Below are positions 30,620 to 41,228 of a stretch of DNA of 64,000 nt, one piece after another. The position numbers were made by a program, and so were the translations under genes. The notes under the pieces were generated by a model. That model was not told where the DNA came from. It saw only the letters and a program-made list of their open reading frames with translations, and did no database searches. This DNA comes from Kofleriaceae bacterium (GTDB lineage Bacteria; Myxococcota_A; Polyangia; Haliangiales; Haliangiaceae): positions 1 to 64,000 of the forward strand of contig JBKJLC010000037.1 of NCBI GenBank assembly GCA_046597055.1, given 5' to 3'. The stretch's first letter is position 1; every line of letters begins with the position of its first letter.

Positions 30620-31306
30620 ATGAGCACGCGCTCCCGCGCGTTCGCGATCGACAATGCTATCCCTGCGCAGGTGATGGCGGCGCTCAGGTCGGAGATTGTC
30701 AATGCCACGTCTCGCGATAGTCGCACTCATTGGTACCCGCTCGAGGCGCCGCCGCGGCTGCTGTTCGAGCAGGTAGTTCAGCAGCTCCGCCGTTACGTGC
30801 TGCAGCGGGAGGAGTTCGCGGGCGCCGAGTGGTGGTTCCGCACCACGGCCTCGGACGCGGACTTCCCGTTTCACTTCGATCGCGACGAGGCGATCCGCGG
30901 CTCGGTCGTATCGCCTGATCTGGCGTCGATCCTCTATCTGAGCAACGTGGGCGGACCGACGTTGATTCTGGAGGCCACCCCGACGCGACACGCGGCGCCG
31001 AGGGTCGGGACGGCGGTCCACCCGCGCGTCGGTCGGTTCGTCATGTTCCCCGGCGCCTTCCTCCACGGCGTGCTGCCGGGGCGGCCGAACCGGTGGCCAC
31101 GGGTCACGATGCTCGTGAACTGGTGGCGATCCGTGCCGCGGCTCGAACGTGCGGCCAGGCTCGACAGCCCGCCGGCCTCGAGGCGCTGGCGGCTCGACGT
31201 GAAGGGCCGGCGACCCATCGCGGCACTCGAGTCCGTCGATCCGTCCCGGTTGCTGTCGAAGGCCGCGTGGTTGGCTGTCATCGACGAGCAGAGCAGGTAT
31301 CGCTAA
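30620..31306 (+). CDS. 2OG-Fe(II) oxygenase-like protein
   Basis: GAEWW, HFDRDE (HxD), SILYL..GGPT, FPG..LHGV, RVTMLVNWW. Confidence 0.7.
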   Translation: MSTRSRAFAIDNAIPAQVMAALRSEIVNATSRDSRTHWYPLEAPPRLLFEQVVQQLRRYVLQREEFAGAEWWFRTTASDADFPFHFDRDEAIRGSVVSPDLASILYLSNVGGPTLILEATPTRHAAPRVGTAVHPRVGRFVMFPGAFLHGVLPGRPNRWPRVTMLVNWWRSVPRLERAARLDSPPASRRWRLDVKGRRPIAALESVDPSRLLSKAAWLAVIDEQSRYR

Positions 31307-31519
31307 CCGTGAATCGAAGCGGCCGCGGCGCCACGTCATCCTTGCTACGAAGCGGCGCCGGCCCAGGCGTCGGCGGGCGCCTGGCCCAGCTGGCCGCCGC
31401 GCGGCGCGCGGTGGTCGTGCTCGTCGAGGAATGCGCCGGGCCGGACCTGCACGTCGTGCCGCGAGGTGACGGCACCGAGGTGGTCGAGGCAGCAGCCGGG
31501 CGCGCAGCCGGCGCCGCGT

Positions 31520-32190
31520 TCGACTTGATCGGTCAGCTCAATCTCGTAGAACTTCAACGAGCTGCGCCCAAGGAGGCCGCGGCGCTGCCGTCGACAACGA
31601 TGAGAGGTGGGGCACCTGTAGATCCCGAGCGGCGAGGTGGCGGTCGAGTCCTCTATTGTCCGGGCGATGTCACCGACTTGAAGGTTGGTAGCCCACCGCC
31701 AGATGTTGAACTGTATCGTGTCCTCGCCCCCCGCACGGCGACGTTCCGCCGCGAGGGTCCGGCGCTGCCGCCCTGTGAGTCGCCGTACTACCCCGTGCTC
31801 CTCGGTGGCGGCGGATACAACGACGCGTTGTCGCGAGCGGCCGAATCTTTGGGCCCACTGCTCGAAGCATCGGGTGTCGCACCCCCACTGGGGAGTGAAT
31901 TCGACGATCGACCACGCCAGCGTGTGCTTGGCTATGGCGATCCGCTCCAGAGCAGCCCGAACGTCAACTGCGAAGGCTATTCAAGCGGAAGGGCTCCCGA
32001 GAAATGGGCCGACACCTCCGACTTCTGGAATCGGGCGGCAGACTGGCAGCTGCTGTTCCAGGCCGATTCGGAGTACGGCGAACCGGACGTGATGTTCGGC
32101 GATGGCGGTCTGCTGTACTTCATGATTCGGCCCGCAGCTCTTGTTGCGCGTCGATTCGAGGCTGCGTGGACGGATTGGCAATCGGATTGA
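31520..32190 (+). pseudogene. DUF1963/YwqG family gene, 5'-truncated
   Basis: LIGQLNLVEL, RVLGYGDPLQ, WQLLFQADS, MFGDGGLLYFMI, WTDWQ; no credible start. Confidence 0.65.
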
Positions 32191-32390
32191 GATCACGCCA
32201 AGTCGGGATGAGGTGGCGGCGAATGCGTCGGGGGGCCATCTCCCGGCGCTCGGCGCTTCGAGCGACGGGGACCGCGACGACGACGGGATCGACCGGCTCG
32301 AGGCACCGTAGCGCCTCCAGCGCGGCGACTGAATCAACCAAGCCGCGCCGCCCATGGCGCTCGGCGACGATCTGTTACCTTGCCGTCCTC

Positions 32391-32537
32391 ATGAGCAACC
32401 CCCAGACCAGCAGCCGCACGGCGGCCACGCCCGATCTCGACCCCGCCAAGCTCGCCCAGCAGAGCAGGGCCGCGCACCTACGCCGGCAGGCCCAGATGAG
32501 ACTCCTCAAGAAGCGCCGGAAGAAATCCGGCCAGTAG
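32391..32537 (+). CDS. Small basic protein, 48 aa
   Basis: Host-like codon usage; RRQAQMRLLKKRRKK tail. Confidence 0.4.
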   Translation: MSNPQTSSRTAATPDLDPAKLAQQSRAAHLRRQAQMRLLKKRRKKSGQ

Positions 32538-32680
32538 CCGCGAGGCCAAGGCCTGCGCCGCGCGCTTGCTCGTCGGCGATGCCGTCGCGACCTGGTGGAC
32601 GGGCGACGGGGACCTCGACCTGGAAGACGGCAGCGAGGCGGGCCCGCGCCGCGTCGAGGCGAACGCTCTGGTGGCGCGCG

Positions 32681-34021
32681 TCAGCGGTCGTCGTTCCGGC
32701 GGCGCAGCCGCTCGAGCCCCTCGGCGATCGGCCGCACGATCGTGCCACCCCACGGGCGGATCGCGACCGTCCAGACGCGCATGCCCACATCGACGGGCAG
32801 GCGCGCGAGCGTCACCGGCAGCCCGCGCACCAGCAGCACCACCGCGGCGAGCCGCGCCACCGCTGATAGCAGGAACACCGCGGCGTAGCCCTGGTAGTCG
32901 GTGCCCATCGCGCCGAGCAGGGCGCCGCCGATGAACGACGCGCTCGCCGTGCCGATCGCCTGCAGCGCGCTGAGCGCCGACTGCATCGTGGTGCGCTCCG
33001 CGTCGTCTTCGCCATCGAACAGCACGATCAGCACGCCGAGCTCGAACCCGGCCCACGCGACCCCGGCGTAGACCTGGAGGGCGAGCAGCACCGCGAGCTC
33101 GCTCGTCGCGATCCACACCGCCGGGATCGGCGCGATCGCGACCGCGCTGATCGTCAGGACCCGGCGCACGCCCACGCGGTGGATGAGGCGGCCGATCAGC
33201 GGCAACGCGACGATCTTCGCGACCACGATCGTCGCGGTGAACACGGCGTACGCGCCGTGCCCGAGCTGCTGGTGTACCAGCAGGTACGGCGTGAGGAACG
33301 GGCCCGAGATCGCGGCGGCGGCCATCGCCGCGACGATGTAGACGAGCAGCGGTGCGCGCGAGTTGCCCCGCAGCCGCGGCGGGATGCTGCGGAACCGCAT
33401 CCGCCGGCGCGGCGTCCCGTCCACGCCGGCGCCCATCTGGGACACCATCAGCGCCGAGCCGAGCCGCGCGATCATCGCCAGCCCGAACATCGCGGCGTAC
33501 ACCGCGAGCACGTGCGTGGTCCCGGCGGCCGCGTGCAGCGCGAACCCCGCGCCCAGCAACCCGGCGAGCATCGTCACCTGGCCGACGCCCTGCCGCCGGC
33601 CGAAGAACTTGCTGCGCACCGCGCGCGGCACGACCCGCGCCATCCAGGGATTCCACGCCGCCGCCGCGGCCATGCCGGCCGCCCAGTACACCGCCGCCGC
33701 GCCGAACACCACGGCGGTCGCCGGCGCGCCGGCGAGGGCGACCGCGATCAGTGGCACGAACGCCAGCCCTTGCACCACCATGCATCCGACGACGAACCCA
33801 CGCAGGCTGCGCACGCGCGCGATCGCGCGCGGGGCGAGCAGCTGCAGCAGCCCGCCGGCGAGCATCGGCGCCGAGGCGATCAGCCCGGCGGTGACCGGCG
33901 ACAGCCCCAGGGCGAGCGCGAACGCCGGCAGGTACACCTCGGCGACCCCCGCCATCACGCCGTAGCCCGACGCGTCGCCGAGACTCAGCCGCAGGTCACG
34001 GCGCACGCGGCGAGGACGCAT
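32681..34021 (-). CDS. MFS transporter
   Basis: About 12 TM helices; GRLIHRVGVRR motif A-like loop. Confidence 0.85.
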   Translation of the reverse strand: MRPRRVRRDLRLSLGDASGYGVMAGVAEVYLPAFALALGLSPVTAGLIASAPMLAGGLLQLLAPRAIARVRSLRGFVVGCMVVQGLAFVPLIAVALAGAPATAVVFGAAAVYWAAGMAAAAAWNPWMARVVPRAVRSKFFGRRQGVGQVTMLAGLLGAGFALHAAAGTTHVLAVYAAMFGLAMIARLGSALMVSQMGAGVDGTPRRRMRFRSIPPRLRGNSRAPLLVYIVAAMAAAAISGPFLTPYLLVHQQLGHGAYAVFTATIVVAKIVALPLIGRLIHRVGVRRVLTISAVAIAPIPAVWIATSELAVLLALQVYAGVAWAGFELGVLIVLFDGEDDAERTTMQSALSALQAIGTASASFIGGALLGAMGTDYQGYAAVFLLSAVARLAAVVLLVRGLPVTLARLPVDVGMRVWTVAIRPWGGTIVRPIAEGLERLRRRNDDR

Positions 34022-34163
34022 CGTTGGACGGCGTATCACGCGCGCGTCCCGAGGGCACGACGCTGGTTCCCGGGTGACGGACGCCCGGCTCGTAAGTGCG
34101 TGACAGTCGACGGCCACCGCGGGCGCTGGACCAACCGGCGTGGCGTGGCGTCACCATCGACGG

Positions 34164-34718
34164 GTGAAGCGACTCCCCTCCGTCCTGCTCGCGATCGCGG
34201 CCGCCGTCACCGTCACGTTCCTCGCGCCGCCGCGTGCGACCGGCGAGGCGTCAGCCGTGCCCGCGGCGCCCACCATGTTCGGCGGCCAGCTGGTCCGGGG
34301 CACGACGCTCGACGGCGCGGCGGCGATGGACGTGGGCGGTGGCGGCGCGCTCTACGTCCGCGATACCGCGCTGTACTGGGGCGGCGGCGGCGGCCATGTG
34401 TTCCAGGTCGGCGACACCGACGGTCGGCAGACGATCCATCTGTTCCACGGCGAGCTGCTGCTCGGGCTCGACCTGCTGCGCGCCCGGCACGCGATCGTCA
34501 GCGCGATGGGCATGGCCGGCGTCGGCATGACCAAGGACGAGCGCGGGCTCTTCGGGATGGCCGAGGCCCGGTTGGCGCTGCGGCGCCCGCTCACGCGCTG
34601 GTTCATGCTCGGCGGTCACGTGGCCTACCGGCGAGCCTTCCGCAGCGGCCTCGAGCGCACCACCGACGCCGGCCTGAGCGGTCCCATCGTCGGGCTCGAG
34701 CTCTACTTCACGCACTGA
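34164..34718 (+). CDS. Small secreted or outer-membrane beta-strand protein
   Basis: Signal peptide, alternating strands, C-terminal GLELYF. Confidence 0.5.
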   Translation: MKRLPSVLLAIAAAVTVTFLAPPRATGEASAVPAAPTMFGGQLVRGTTLDGAAAMDVGGGGALYVRDTALYWGGGGGHVFQVGDTDGRQTIHLFHGELLLGLDLLRARHAIVSAMGMAGVGMTKDERGLFGMAEARLALRRPLTRWFMLGGHVAYRRAFRSGLERTTDAGLSGPIVGLELYFTH

Positions 34719-34755
34719 GCTGGCTCGGCCAGCCCGCGCCGCGCACCGCGGGCGG

Positions 34756-35610
34756 TCACGGAGCGGTGATGGCGTTGTTGTCGATGGCGACCAGGGACTG
34801 CGCCAGCGCTCGCCCGTTCATGGTGGCGCGCGTCTGGAGCGTGATCCCGGTCTGCGACAGGATGATGCCCTCGAAGTGTGCGTCGGCGTGGATGGTGGCC
34901 TTGCCGGCCACCTGCCAGAAGACGTTGCGAGCCTGAGCGCCGCCGCTGAGGATCACCCGCTTGGCGCTGCTGACGTCGAGGTCGTCCGAGATCTGGAAGA
35001 TCCAGACGTCGGTGGCGGAGCCCGCGATCGTCACATCGGTCGGGACCGTCACGCCGGTGCCCCAGGTGTAGAGGCCGGGGGCGAGGGTCAGGCCGCCGAG
35101 GTTGCCGCTGCCCAGGTTGAGGAAGTCGGGGTTGGTTCGTCCGGCCGCATCGGTGTAGGCCGCCTGCATGGCGAGCACGGCGGTGGTCAGGTTGGTCGGG
35201 GTCGGCACCGCGTAGTCGCTCGCGTAGATCCGTCCCGGCGCGACGACCGAGGCTGACGTCGCGAAGACGTTGGTGGCGTCGGCGGTGAGCGCGAAGCCGG
35301 TGATGAAGCTGGCCGCCGCGGGGCTCAGGCCGAGATGGCCGCCCGTGATCGAGGATCCGGTGACGTTGGTGATGCCGGTCTTGGCGAGCAGGACGTAGCT
35401 GCCGGCCGCCGTGAGGTCGGTGGTCGAGCCGAGCGCGACCGGCGCCGGACCGAGACCGGCCGGATTGGGCGGGTTGTTCTGGGGCCGGGCGTCGGTCGTG
35501 CCGTCGTCGTCGCCAGCGTTTCCGTTGTCGCCGCACGCCATGGCCGAGACGGCGACGGAGAGAAGCGTGAGTGCCGTGCGTAGCTCAGGGACAAGATAGG
35601 ATCGCAACAT
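34756..35610 (-). CDS. DUF3494 ice-binding-like lipoprotein
   Basis: Lipobox AMA-C; YVLLAKTGIT, AYTDAAGR, GLTLAPGLYTW, WIFQI, NVFWQVAG, FEGIILSQTGITL, GRALAQ. Confidence 0.9.
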   Translation of the reverse strand: MLRSYLVPELRTALTLLSVAVSAMACGDNGNAGDDDGTTDARPQNNPPNPAGLGPAPVALGSTTDLTAAGSYVLLAKTGITNVTGSSITGGHLGLSPAAASFITGFALTADATNVFATSASVVAPGRIYASDYAVPTPTNLTTAVLAMQAAYTDAAGRTNPDFLNLGSGNLGGLTLAPGLYTWGTGVTVPTDVTIAGSATDVWIFQISDDLDVSSAKRVILSGGAQARNVFWQVAGKATIHADAHFEGIILSQTGITLQTRATMNGRALAQSLVAIDNNAITAP

Positions 35611-36074
35611 ATGGCTCCTGTTCGAGCGCCGCGTGGATCACGCGTTGGGCGCCGCCAGAAGCGGACGCCGACGTCTCGGTCCTCCCATCAAGCACGATCA
35701 GGGCCATGCACTCGATCGCGCAGTTTCGAGCGCTTGAGTCACCTTCGGGCGGAAGCAGACGCTGATAACGAGCGATCGTGCGCACGATTTCTGATGTCGG
35801 TGTTCGCGGCAGCATCGTCAGGACAGGCCGGCGCGTCGGGGCGCGTGCTTACCGAGCCTACCTGTTCGTACCCGGAGCGGTCGCCATCGGCGATGCAGCG
35901 GACCACGCGCCGCCACGCGCACGTGGGCGGCGATCGGGAGGCCGGGATCGTCGAGTAGCTCGCGAGATCTGACCCGCGCGCCACCAGGGGGGCGTGGCCA
36001 GGTTTCGCCGCGACCGTCCCCAACTCGATGTTTCGGCCCAGCTCGGATCGGAAGGGAGATCGCCCAGTATCGCG

Positions 36075-36145
36075 GCCTGAGCCGCTGGCCGACGAGCGTC
36101 TTGCATGCCGCCTCGACGACCCCGGAGCCGATCATCAAGCCTTGC
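36075..36145 (-). mobile_element. ISKra4-family transposase fragment
   Basis: MIGSGVVEAACKTLVGQRL, the segment around the catalytic E. Confidence 0.65.
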
Positions 36146-36209
36146 GCGTTACGGCGATCAGGCCTCGTTCACTTGACGTTCGCGGACACCGCGACGTCGA
36201 ACGCGCTCG

Positions 36210-36340
36210 AGGTCAGCAGCTGCAAGACCGCCGCGACCAAATGCAGCGGCAAGAACGGCTGCAAGGGCCAGGGCTGCACCGACTCGACCGAGGCAGCGTG
36301 CGAGGAGAACGGCGGCACGGTCCGGGCGGCAGGGCGCTGA
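36210..36340 (+). pseudogene. Cys-rich metallo-peptide precursor fragment, bufferin BufA2-like
   Basis: SSCKTAATKCSGKNGCKGQGCTDSTEAACEENGGTV; no signal peptide or start. Confidence 0.5.
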
Positions 36341-36384
36341 GCCGTCACCCGGCCGGGTGTCCGCCACGCCCGGTCCTCGGGGCG

Positions 36385-36480
36385 GCAGCGCACGTCGGGC
36401 GCGCGCTCGTCGAGATAGCGCAGCACCGACGGCAGGCGGACCCGCAGCGAGTTGACGTTCCAGGTGGCGATCGTGAACCC
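36385..36480 (-). pseudogene. xthA: Exodeoxyribonuclease III N-terminal fragment
   Basis: TIATWNVNSLRVRLPSVLRYLDERAPDV. Confidence 0.7.
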
Positions 36481-37137
36481 GCCTGGTTGTAGCCGCCCGC
36501 CGATCGCGCGACCGCCTCGGTTGCGCGACGGGGGCACGACGATGACCACGACCGGTACGCCGCGCGGTTTCCCGCCGGCACCTGCGCGCGGATCGTGACC
36601 CGCAAGCCGCTGCGCGATGGCGACGAGCTCGTGATCGGCGAGCCCCGCCTGGTGTTCAAGTCCGTGGCTGACGCCGCCACGCCCCGCGCGAGGCCGGCCG
36701 AATCGGTGTTCGCCGAGCATGACCGCGGACGACTTTAGCGCGTAGATACCCGCATGCCCTCCAAGTACACCCTGACGCTGTCGACGACCGGGGCCTCGCG
36801 ATTGGCGACGCCCTCCACCACCTGGACGCTCACCAACAGCAGCGAGGCCGGCTTGGTCGCCCGGGGCGGTACCGCGAACGACCCGCACGGAGACCATGCC
36901 CGGGTCGAGGGACGGGCTGCCGCGCGCAAGCACGCGGCCGGCCTGGGCCACGCCATCAGGGATCGTGATGTCCAGGTCGTCTACGGAGAGCGCCCGCCCG
37001 CGGTCTGCCTGTAAGCAACCCCAAGCACTGTCGCCAGAGGGCGGAGTCGAGGGTGTGGACGACCACGCCGCCAGACGTCTACAGGCGTGTGTAGCGCCGC
37101 CGTAACTGCTCGCGACGAAGCCCCCCAGGAGAACGAC

Positions 37138-37653
37138 ATGGAACACGAAGTCAGGCTCATCGTCCGCCGGCTCCCGCTCCGGGGCACGGTCGCGGTCGCG
37201 GCGCGCTGTGCGAGCATCGCCCTCGCGCGGTTGCGTCAGAGCGCGGTGAGGAAGGATCGCGCTCTGCTCCAGGCGGGCGTCGCGACCTGCGTTCGGGTTG
37301 CCGAGAGGGACGAGCACGGCGAGGAGGGTGAGTTGCACGGAGTCGGCGGGAGAGCGGTGGACCTCGCGCAGACGCGATCGCTGCCGGCCGACGACGCGAG
37401 GCTGCTCGAATGCGTCGCAGGCGCGTGTTACGCGGCCGCGACCTACTCCGAGTGGCTCGCGGGGTCACCGCAGCGGCGCGCTCTGCTCGGCGAGCGCGTC
37501 GTCGACAACGCGCTTCGAGCGTGTCGCGGCGTGCTTGGTCACGACGCGACTGTCGACGCGGAGACCCTGAGCCTGTGTCACCGCGTCGAGACCGCTGCGC
37601 GATCGGAGCAGTGGAAAGACGAGACGCCAGTCGTCCTCGCGGATCTCGGATAG
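37138..37653 (+). CDS. Hypothetical helical protein
   Basis: AGGAG RBS; 171-aa ORF. Confidence 0.5.
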   Translation: MEHEVRLIVRRLPLRGTVAVAARCASIALARLRQSAVRKDRALLQAGVATCVRVAERDEHGEEGELHGVGGRAVDLAQTRSLPADDARLLECVAGACYAAATYSEWLAGSPQRRALLGERVVDNALRACRGVLGHDATVDAETLSLCHRVETAARSEQWKDETPVVLADLG

Positions 37654-37812
37654 CTCAGCTGCGCGCGCAGCGGCCCGTTCTTGTGCGGCCGCGCCGCCCT
37701 ATTGCCAGCTGTTGCCTCGGTAAAACCATGACAGTCCGAGCCCGCCTCTGGATAGTCCCGCGGGCGCTCGAGATGCTCGCCACCGCGAGCACGCGCAGCG
37801 CAAGGAGGGCCC

Positions 37813-39498
37813 ATGGCGAGAACGTTTGTGTCGAGTTCGAGGTCGTTGCGGCGGCGGGTTGCGCTTGGCGGCGCCGCGTTGGTGCTGGCGGCGCTGGCGC
37901 CGGCGTGCCTGGTGGAGGAGGACGCCGAGACCGCCGAGACCAGCTGGGAGGAGCAAGACGTGGTCGGCGGCACCACCACCACCGCGCGTCCCGAGATCGG
38001 CCAGTTCATCAATGGCGGCGGCGGCGCGTGTACCGCGACGCTGGTCGCGCGTCGGTACGTCCTCACTGCGTCGCACTGCCTGTCGCCCGGGTTCACCGGC
38101 ACCACGCCCCTGGCCGGGTCGTCGTTCGATTTCACCGATGCCGGCGGCACCGCGCGGAGCTACGGCATCGATCGGATCCACAGCTTCGCCACCGCGCGGG
38201 TGTGGAACGAGGCGCGCGAGTGGTTGCCCGGTAATGTCTTCACCACCGACCTGGCGCTGCTGCGGCTGACCGCCAACGTGCCGTCGTCGCAGGCGACCCC
38301 GGCGAACCTGGCGGCGAGCAACCCGGTGACCGGCAATCGCTCGACCATGTTTGGCTTCGGCTGCAACGATCGCACCCCCGAGTCGGGCGCCGGCACCAAG
38401 CGCGCCTTCAGCTACGACTACGGGCCCGCGACGACCCGGCTGTGCTGGGGCGACTCGGGCGGCCCCGAGGTGTACGGCAACGTGAACGATCGCGGCGCGG
38501 TCTGGGGGATCGGCAGCACGTTCAACTTCGTCGGCGAGACCGACGCCTGGACCGACATCTTCAGCTCGGTGGCGTTCTTCAAGCCGTCGATCGAGTCGAT
38601 CCTGCGCACCACCGAGGGCGATTTCGAGGTCGGCTTCGATCGCCCGGGTATGGACCTGACCAGCCTCGTCACCGCCAACGCGACGGCCTGCGCGACGGCG
38701 TGTCGGGACGACGGCCGGTGCCGCGCCTTCACCTGGGTGCCGAGCGTGCCAGACGGGACCTGCTTCCTGAAGAGCGGCGTGCCCGATCTGGTCGCGGCGC
38801 CGGGCCTCACCTCGGGGCTGGGGCCGGTCTACGAGATCGGCCGCGATCGCGCCGGCATGGACTACAGCAACACGGCGCTGGCCGAGGCCCGCCCCGAGTT
38901 GTGTCATGCGACGTGCGCGCGCGACGCCGGCTGCCGGGCCTGGACCTACGTCGCGCCCGGCTGGCAAGGGCCGCAGGCGCGGTGCTACCTGAAGAGCGGC
39001 GTCCCGACCAGCAACGCGCACTCGGGCTGCACGTCGGGCGTCATGGACCGCTCGCTCGAGGTCGGATGGAATCGCGGCGGTCGCGATCTCGCCGGCCCGT
39101 CGTCGGCGTCGAGCGCGCGCCAGTGCGCCAGCCTGTGCGCGCGCAACGCCGGGTGCCGCGCGTACACGTACACCGGCGGCAGCAGCAGCAACTGCTGGCT
39201 GAAGGACGGGGTGCCGGCCCCGGGCGCGCACGGCAGCATGACCTCCGCGGTCCGCCGTGGTGTCGAGGTCAACGTCAATCGGCCTGGCCGCGACTACCGC
39301 AACTTCAACACGTCGCGCCACCACCCTTACGACTGCCAGGCCACCTGTGCGGCCGAGTCGCAGTGTCAGGCGTGGACCTATGTCCAGCCCGGCATCCAGG
39401 GCAACACCGGCGTGTGCTGGCTCAAGGACGGCATCCCGAGCAAGTCAGTCGGCACCGGGATGATCTCGGGCATCAAGGGCGCCGAGTTCCTGCCCTGA
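37813..39498 (+). CDS. Trypsin-like (S1) serine protease lipoprotein with four PAN/apple domains
   Basis: Lipobox LAPA-C; VVGG, LTASHC, TDLALL, CWGDSGGP; four DRPG.D..C...C....C.A.T..C.LK repeats. Confidence 0.9.
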   Translation: MARTFVSSSRSLRRRVALGGAALVLAALAPACLVEEDAETAETSWEEQDVVGGTTTTARPEIGQFINGGGGACTATLVARRYVLTASHCLSPGFTGTTPLAGSSFDFTDAGGTARSYGIDRIHSFATARVWNEAREWLPGNVFTTDLALLRLTANVPSSQATPANLAASNPVTGNRSTMFGFGCNDRTPESGAGTKRAFSYDYGPATTRLCWGDSGGPEVYGNVNDRGAVWGIGSTFNFVGETDAWTDIFSSVAFFKPSIESILRTTEGDFEVGFDRPGMDLTSLVTANATACATACRDDGRCRAFTWVPSVPDGTCFLKSGVPDLVAAPGLTSGLGPVYEIGRDRAGMDYSNTALAEARPELCHATCARDAGCRAWTYVAPGWQGPQARCYLKSGVPTSNAHSGCTSGVMDRSLEVGWNRGGRDLAGPSSASSARQCASLCARNAGCRAYTYTGGSSSNCWLKDGVPAPGAHGSMTSAVRRGVEVNVNRPGRDYRNFNTSRHHPYDCQATCAAESQCQAWTYVQPGIQGNTGVCWLKDGIPSKSVGTGMISGIKGAEFLP

Positions 39499-39510
39499 GC
39501 CACGCGGATT

Positions 39511-39609
39511 GCGCACGGTTTGCGCCTGCGCCGACCGCGACGCAGGTTCCGCGCAACTCCGGGCGTGATGGCGGGCGTCGACGGCGGCTCACCCGGGCAC
39601 GCGCCTTGC
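39511..39609 (+). promoter_or_regulatory. Palindrome pair plus sigma54-type promoter
   Basis: GCGCA-CGGTT-TGCGC (39511), ACGCA-GGTTC-CGCGC (39540), GGGCAC-GCGCC-TTGC (39595-39609). Confidence 0.7.
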
Positions 39610-39623
39610 GACGTCCTGGCCTC

Positions 39624-40217
39624 ATGGAGGAAGCGATGAAGCCGAACCGCGATCAGGGGAGACCGGGCCTGGTGACGACCTGGGGGCGCCGCGTCATGGA
39701 CGAGCATGGCGCGACCGAGGATCAGCCCACCGAGTACCGCACGTCGGCGGTGGCGACGGTGGCGACGATCATGACCCGCACGCCGTACTGCGTGCGCCCC
39801 GAGGTCACCGTCGAGGCGGTGACCGCGCTGCTGCTCGAGCGGCGGATGAGCGGCGTCCCCGTGGTCGACGCCGATGGCCGCCCCCTCGGGGTCGTGACCA
39901 AGACGGATCTGCTCCAGCACCTCCACGAGAGCGGCGACAGCGTCGAGGCGGTGGACGATGCCACCCGTCGCGTCGACGGAGCGCTCGGGTCCGGGTTCCA
40001 TCCGACCGGCGTCCACGGCACCTCGGTCCGCGACATCATGATGCCGGTGGTCTTCGCGATCGATCAGGACTCGACGATCGCCCTGGCCTCGGCGCTGATG
40101 GCGGGCGAGGGGATCCACCGGGTGCCGGTGCTCGCGGCCGATGGCACCGTGGTCGGGATTCTGTCGTCTCTCGACATCGTGAGGTGGGTCGCCGAGGGCG
40201 ACGGCTACGTGGTCTAG
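39624..40217 (+). CDS. CBS-domain protein
   Basis: IMTRTP..MSGVPVVD..GVVTKTDLL; GIHRVPV..GILSSLDI; start 39624 or 39636. Confidence 0.88.
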   Translation: MEEAMKPNRDQGRPGLVTTWGRRVMDEHGATEDQPTEYRTSAVATVATIMTRTPYCVRPEVTVEAVTALLLERRMSGVPVVDADGRPLGVVTKTDLLQHLHESGDSVEAVDDATRRVDGALGSGFHPTGVHGTSVRDIMMPVVFAIDQDSTIALASALMAGEGIHRVPVLAADGTVVGILSSLDIVRWVAEGDGYVV

Positions 40218-40261
40218 CGGGAGCGGACGCCTCCGGCGCGACCCGTGCAAGAAGGTGGCGC

Positions 40262-41050
40262 ATGAGCTTCAACCAGCCTGTGGCCGAGTACATGACGCAC
40301 GAGGTGGAGACGGTGGAGCGCTCGACGCCGCTGTCGCAGGTCGCGCGGATCCTCGAGCGCTGGAACATCTCCGCGGTGCCGGTGATCGGTCCCAGCGGCG
40401 CCGTGGTCGGCGTGGTGTCGCGCACCGACCTGCTGCGGGTCGGCCGGGTCGAGGCCGAGCGCGGGCTGCGCCGCACCGCCCTGCAGGTGCCCGAGCGCCA
40501 CGCGTCGGAGGTGATGACGGTGGGCGCGCATGTCGTGGGTTCCCACACCCGGCTGGCCGCAGCCGCCCACATGATGTGCAAGCAGCGTGTCCACCGGGTG
40601 TTCGTCGTCGACGGGGGCCGTCTGGTCGGCGTGCTGAGCACCGCCGACGTCACCGCGGCGGTGCGCGACGCGCGCGGGGAGGACGAGATCCAGACGATCA
40701 TGTCGACCCCGATCCACACGGTCGCCACCACCGACCCGCTGACGGTCGCGCTCGCGAGGCTCGAGCACGCCCACGTCACCGGCCTGGTCGTGGTCGAGGA
40801 GGCGTGGCCGGTCGGCGTGTTCACCCAGGTCGAGGCGCTCGCCGCCCGCGACCTGCCGCGCGATACGCCGGTCGACAGCGTGTTCGATCAGGCGATGATC
40901 TGCTTGCCGGCGACCGCGCGAATCCACCGCGTGGCCGCCCAGGTGGCGCGGCTCGACGTCCGGCGCGTGATCGTGTGCCGCGACCGCGAGCCGGTCGGGA
41001 TCGTCAGCGGGCTCGACTTCGCGCGGGTGGCGGCGGCCGGCGAGTCGTAG
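40262..41050 (+). CDS. CBS-domain protein, four CBS domains
   Basis: [37 protein letters not shown]. Confidence 0.88.
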   Translation: MSFNQPVAEYMTHEVETVERSTPLSQVARILERWNISAVPVIGPSGAVVGVVSRTDLLRVGRVEAERGLRRTALQVPERHASEVMTVGAHVVGSHTRLAAAAHMMCKQRVHRVFVVDGGRLVGVLSTADVTAAVRDARGEDEIQTIMSTPIHTVATTDPLTVALARLEHAHVTGLVVVEEAWPVGVFTQVEALAARDLPRDTPVDSVFDQAMICLPATARIHRVAAQVARLDVRRVIVCRDREPVGIVSGLDFARVAAAGES

Positions 41051-41228
41051 CGCTGACCGGCGGCGCGCCGATGGGCGGACGCGCCGGGGCGACGTCGTCG
41101 AACAGCAGCCGGCGGGGCGGGGTGTCGAGATCGTCGAGCTGGCCCGCGCTGACCGACCAGACGAACGCGGCAACCGCGCCGCCGGCGATCAAGAGGGCCA
41201 GCGGCAGGACCACGTAGAGGGCGATCAT
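41004..41228 (-). CDS. ccoS: cbb3 oxidase maturation protein CcoS/FixS
   Basis: [33 protein letters not shown]. Confidence 0.88.
   Translation of the reverse strand: MIALYVVLPLALLIAGGAVAAFVWSVSAGQLDDLDTPPRRLLFDDVAPARPPIGAPPVSATTRRPPPPARSRAR

Noticed and set aside
27476..31339. 1287-aa minus-strand ORF and other long antisense ORFs such as 47152-49578 and 56527-58557
   Set aside because: Shadows of real genes caused by high GC3; Arg/Gly-rich with no motifs
32260..32345. Minus-strand VAALEALR..VVVAVPVA resembling a phosphoribosyltransferase fragment
   Set aside because: Too short to support without a search
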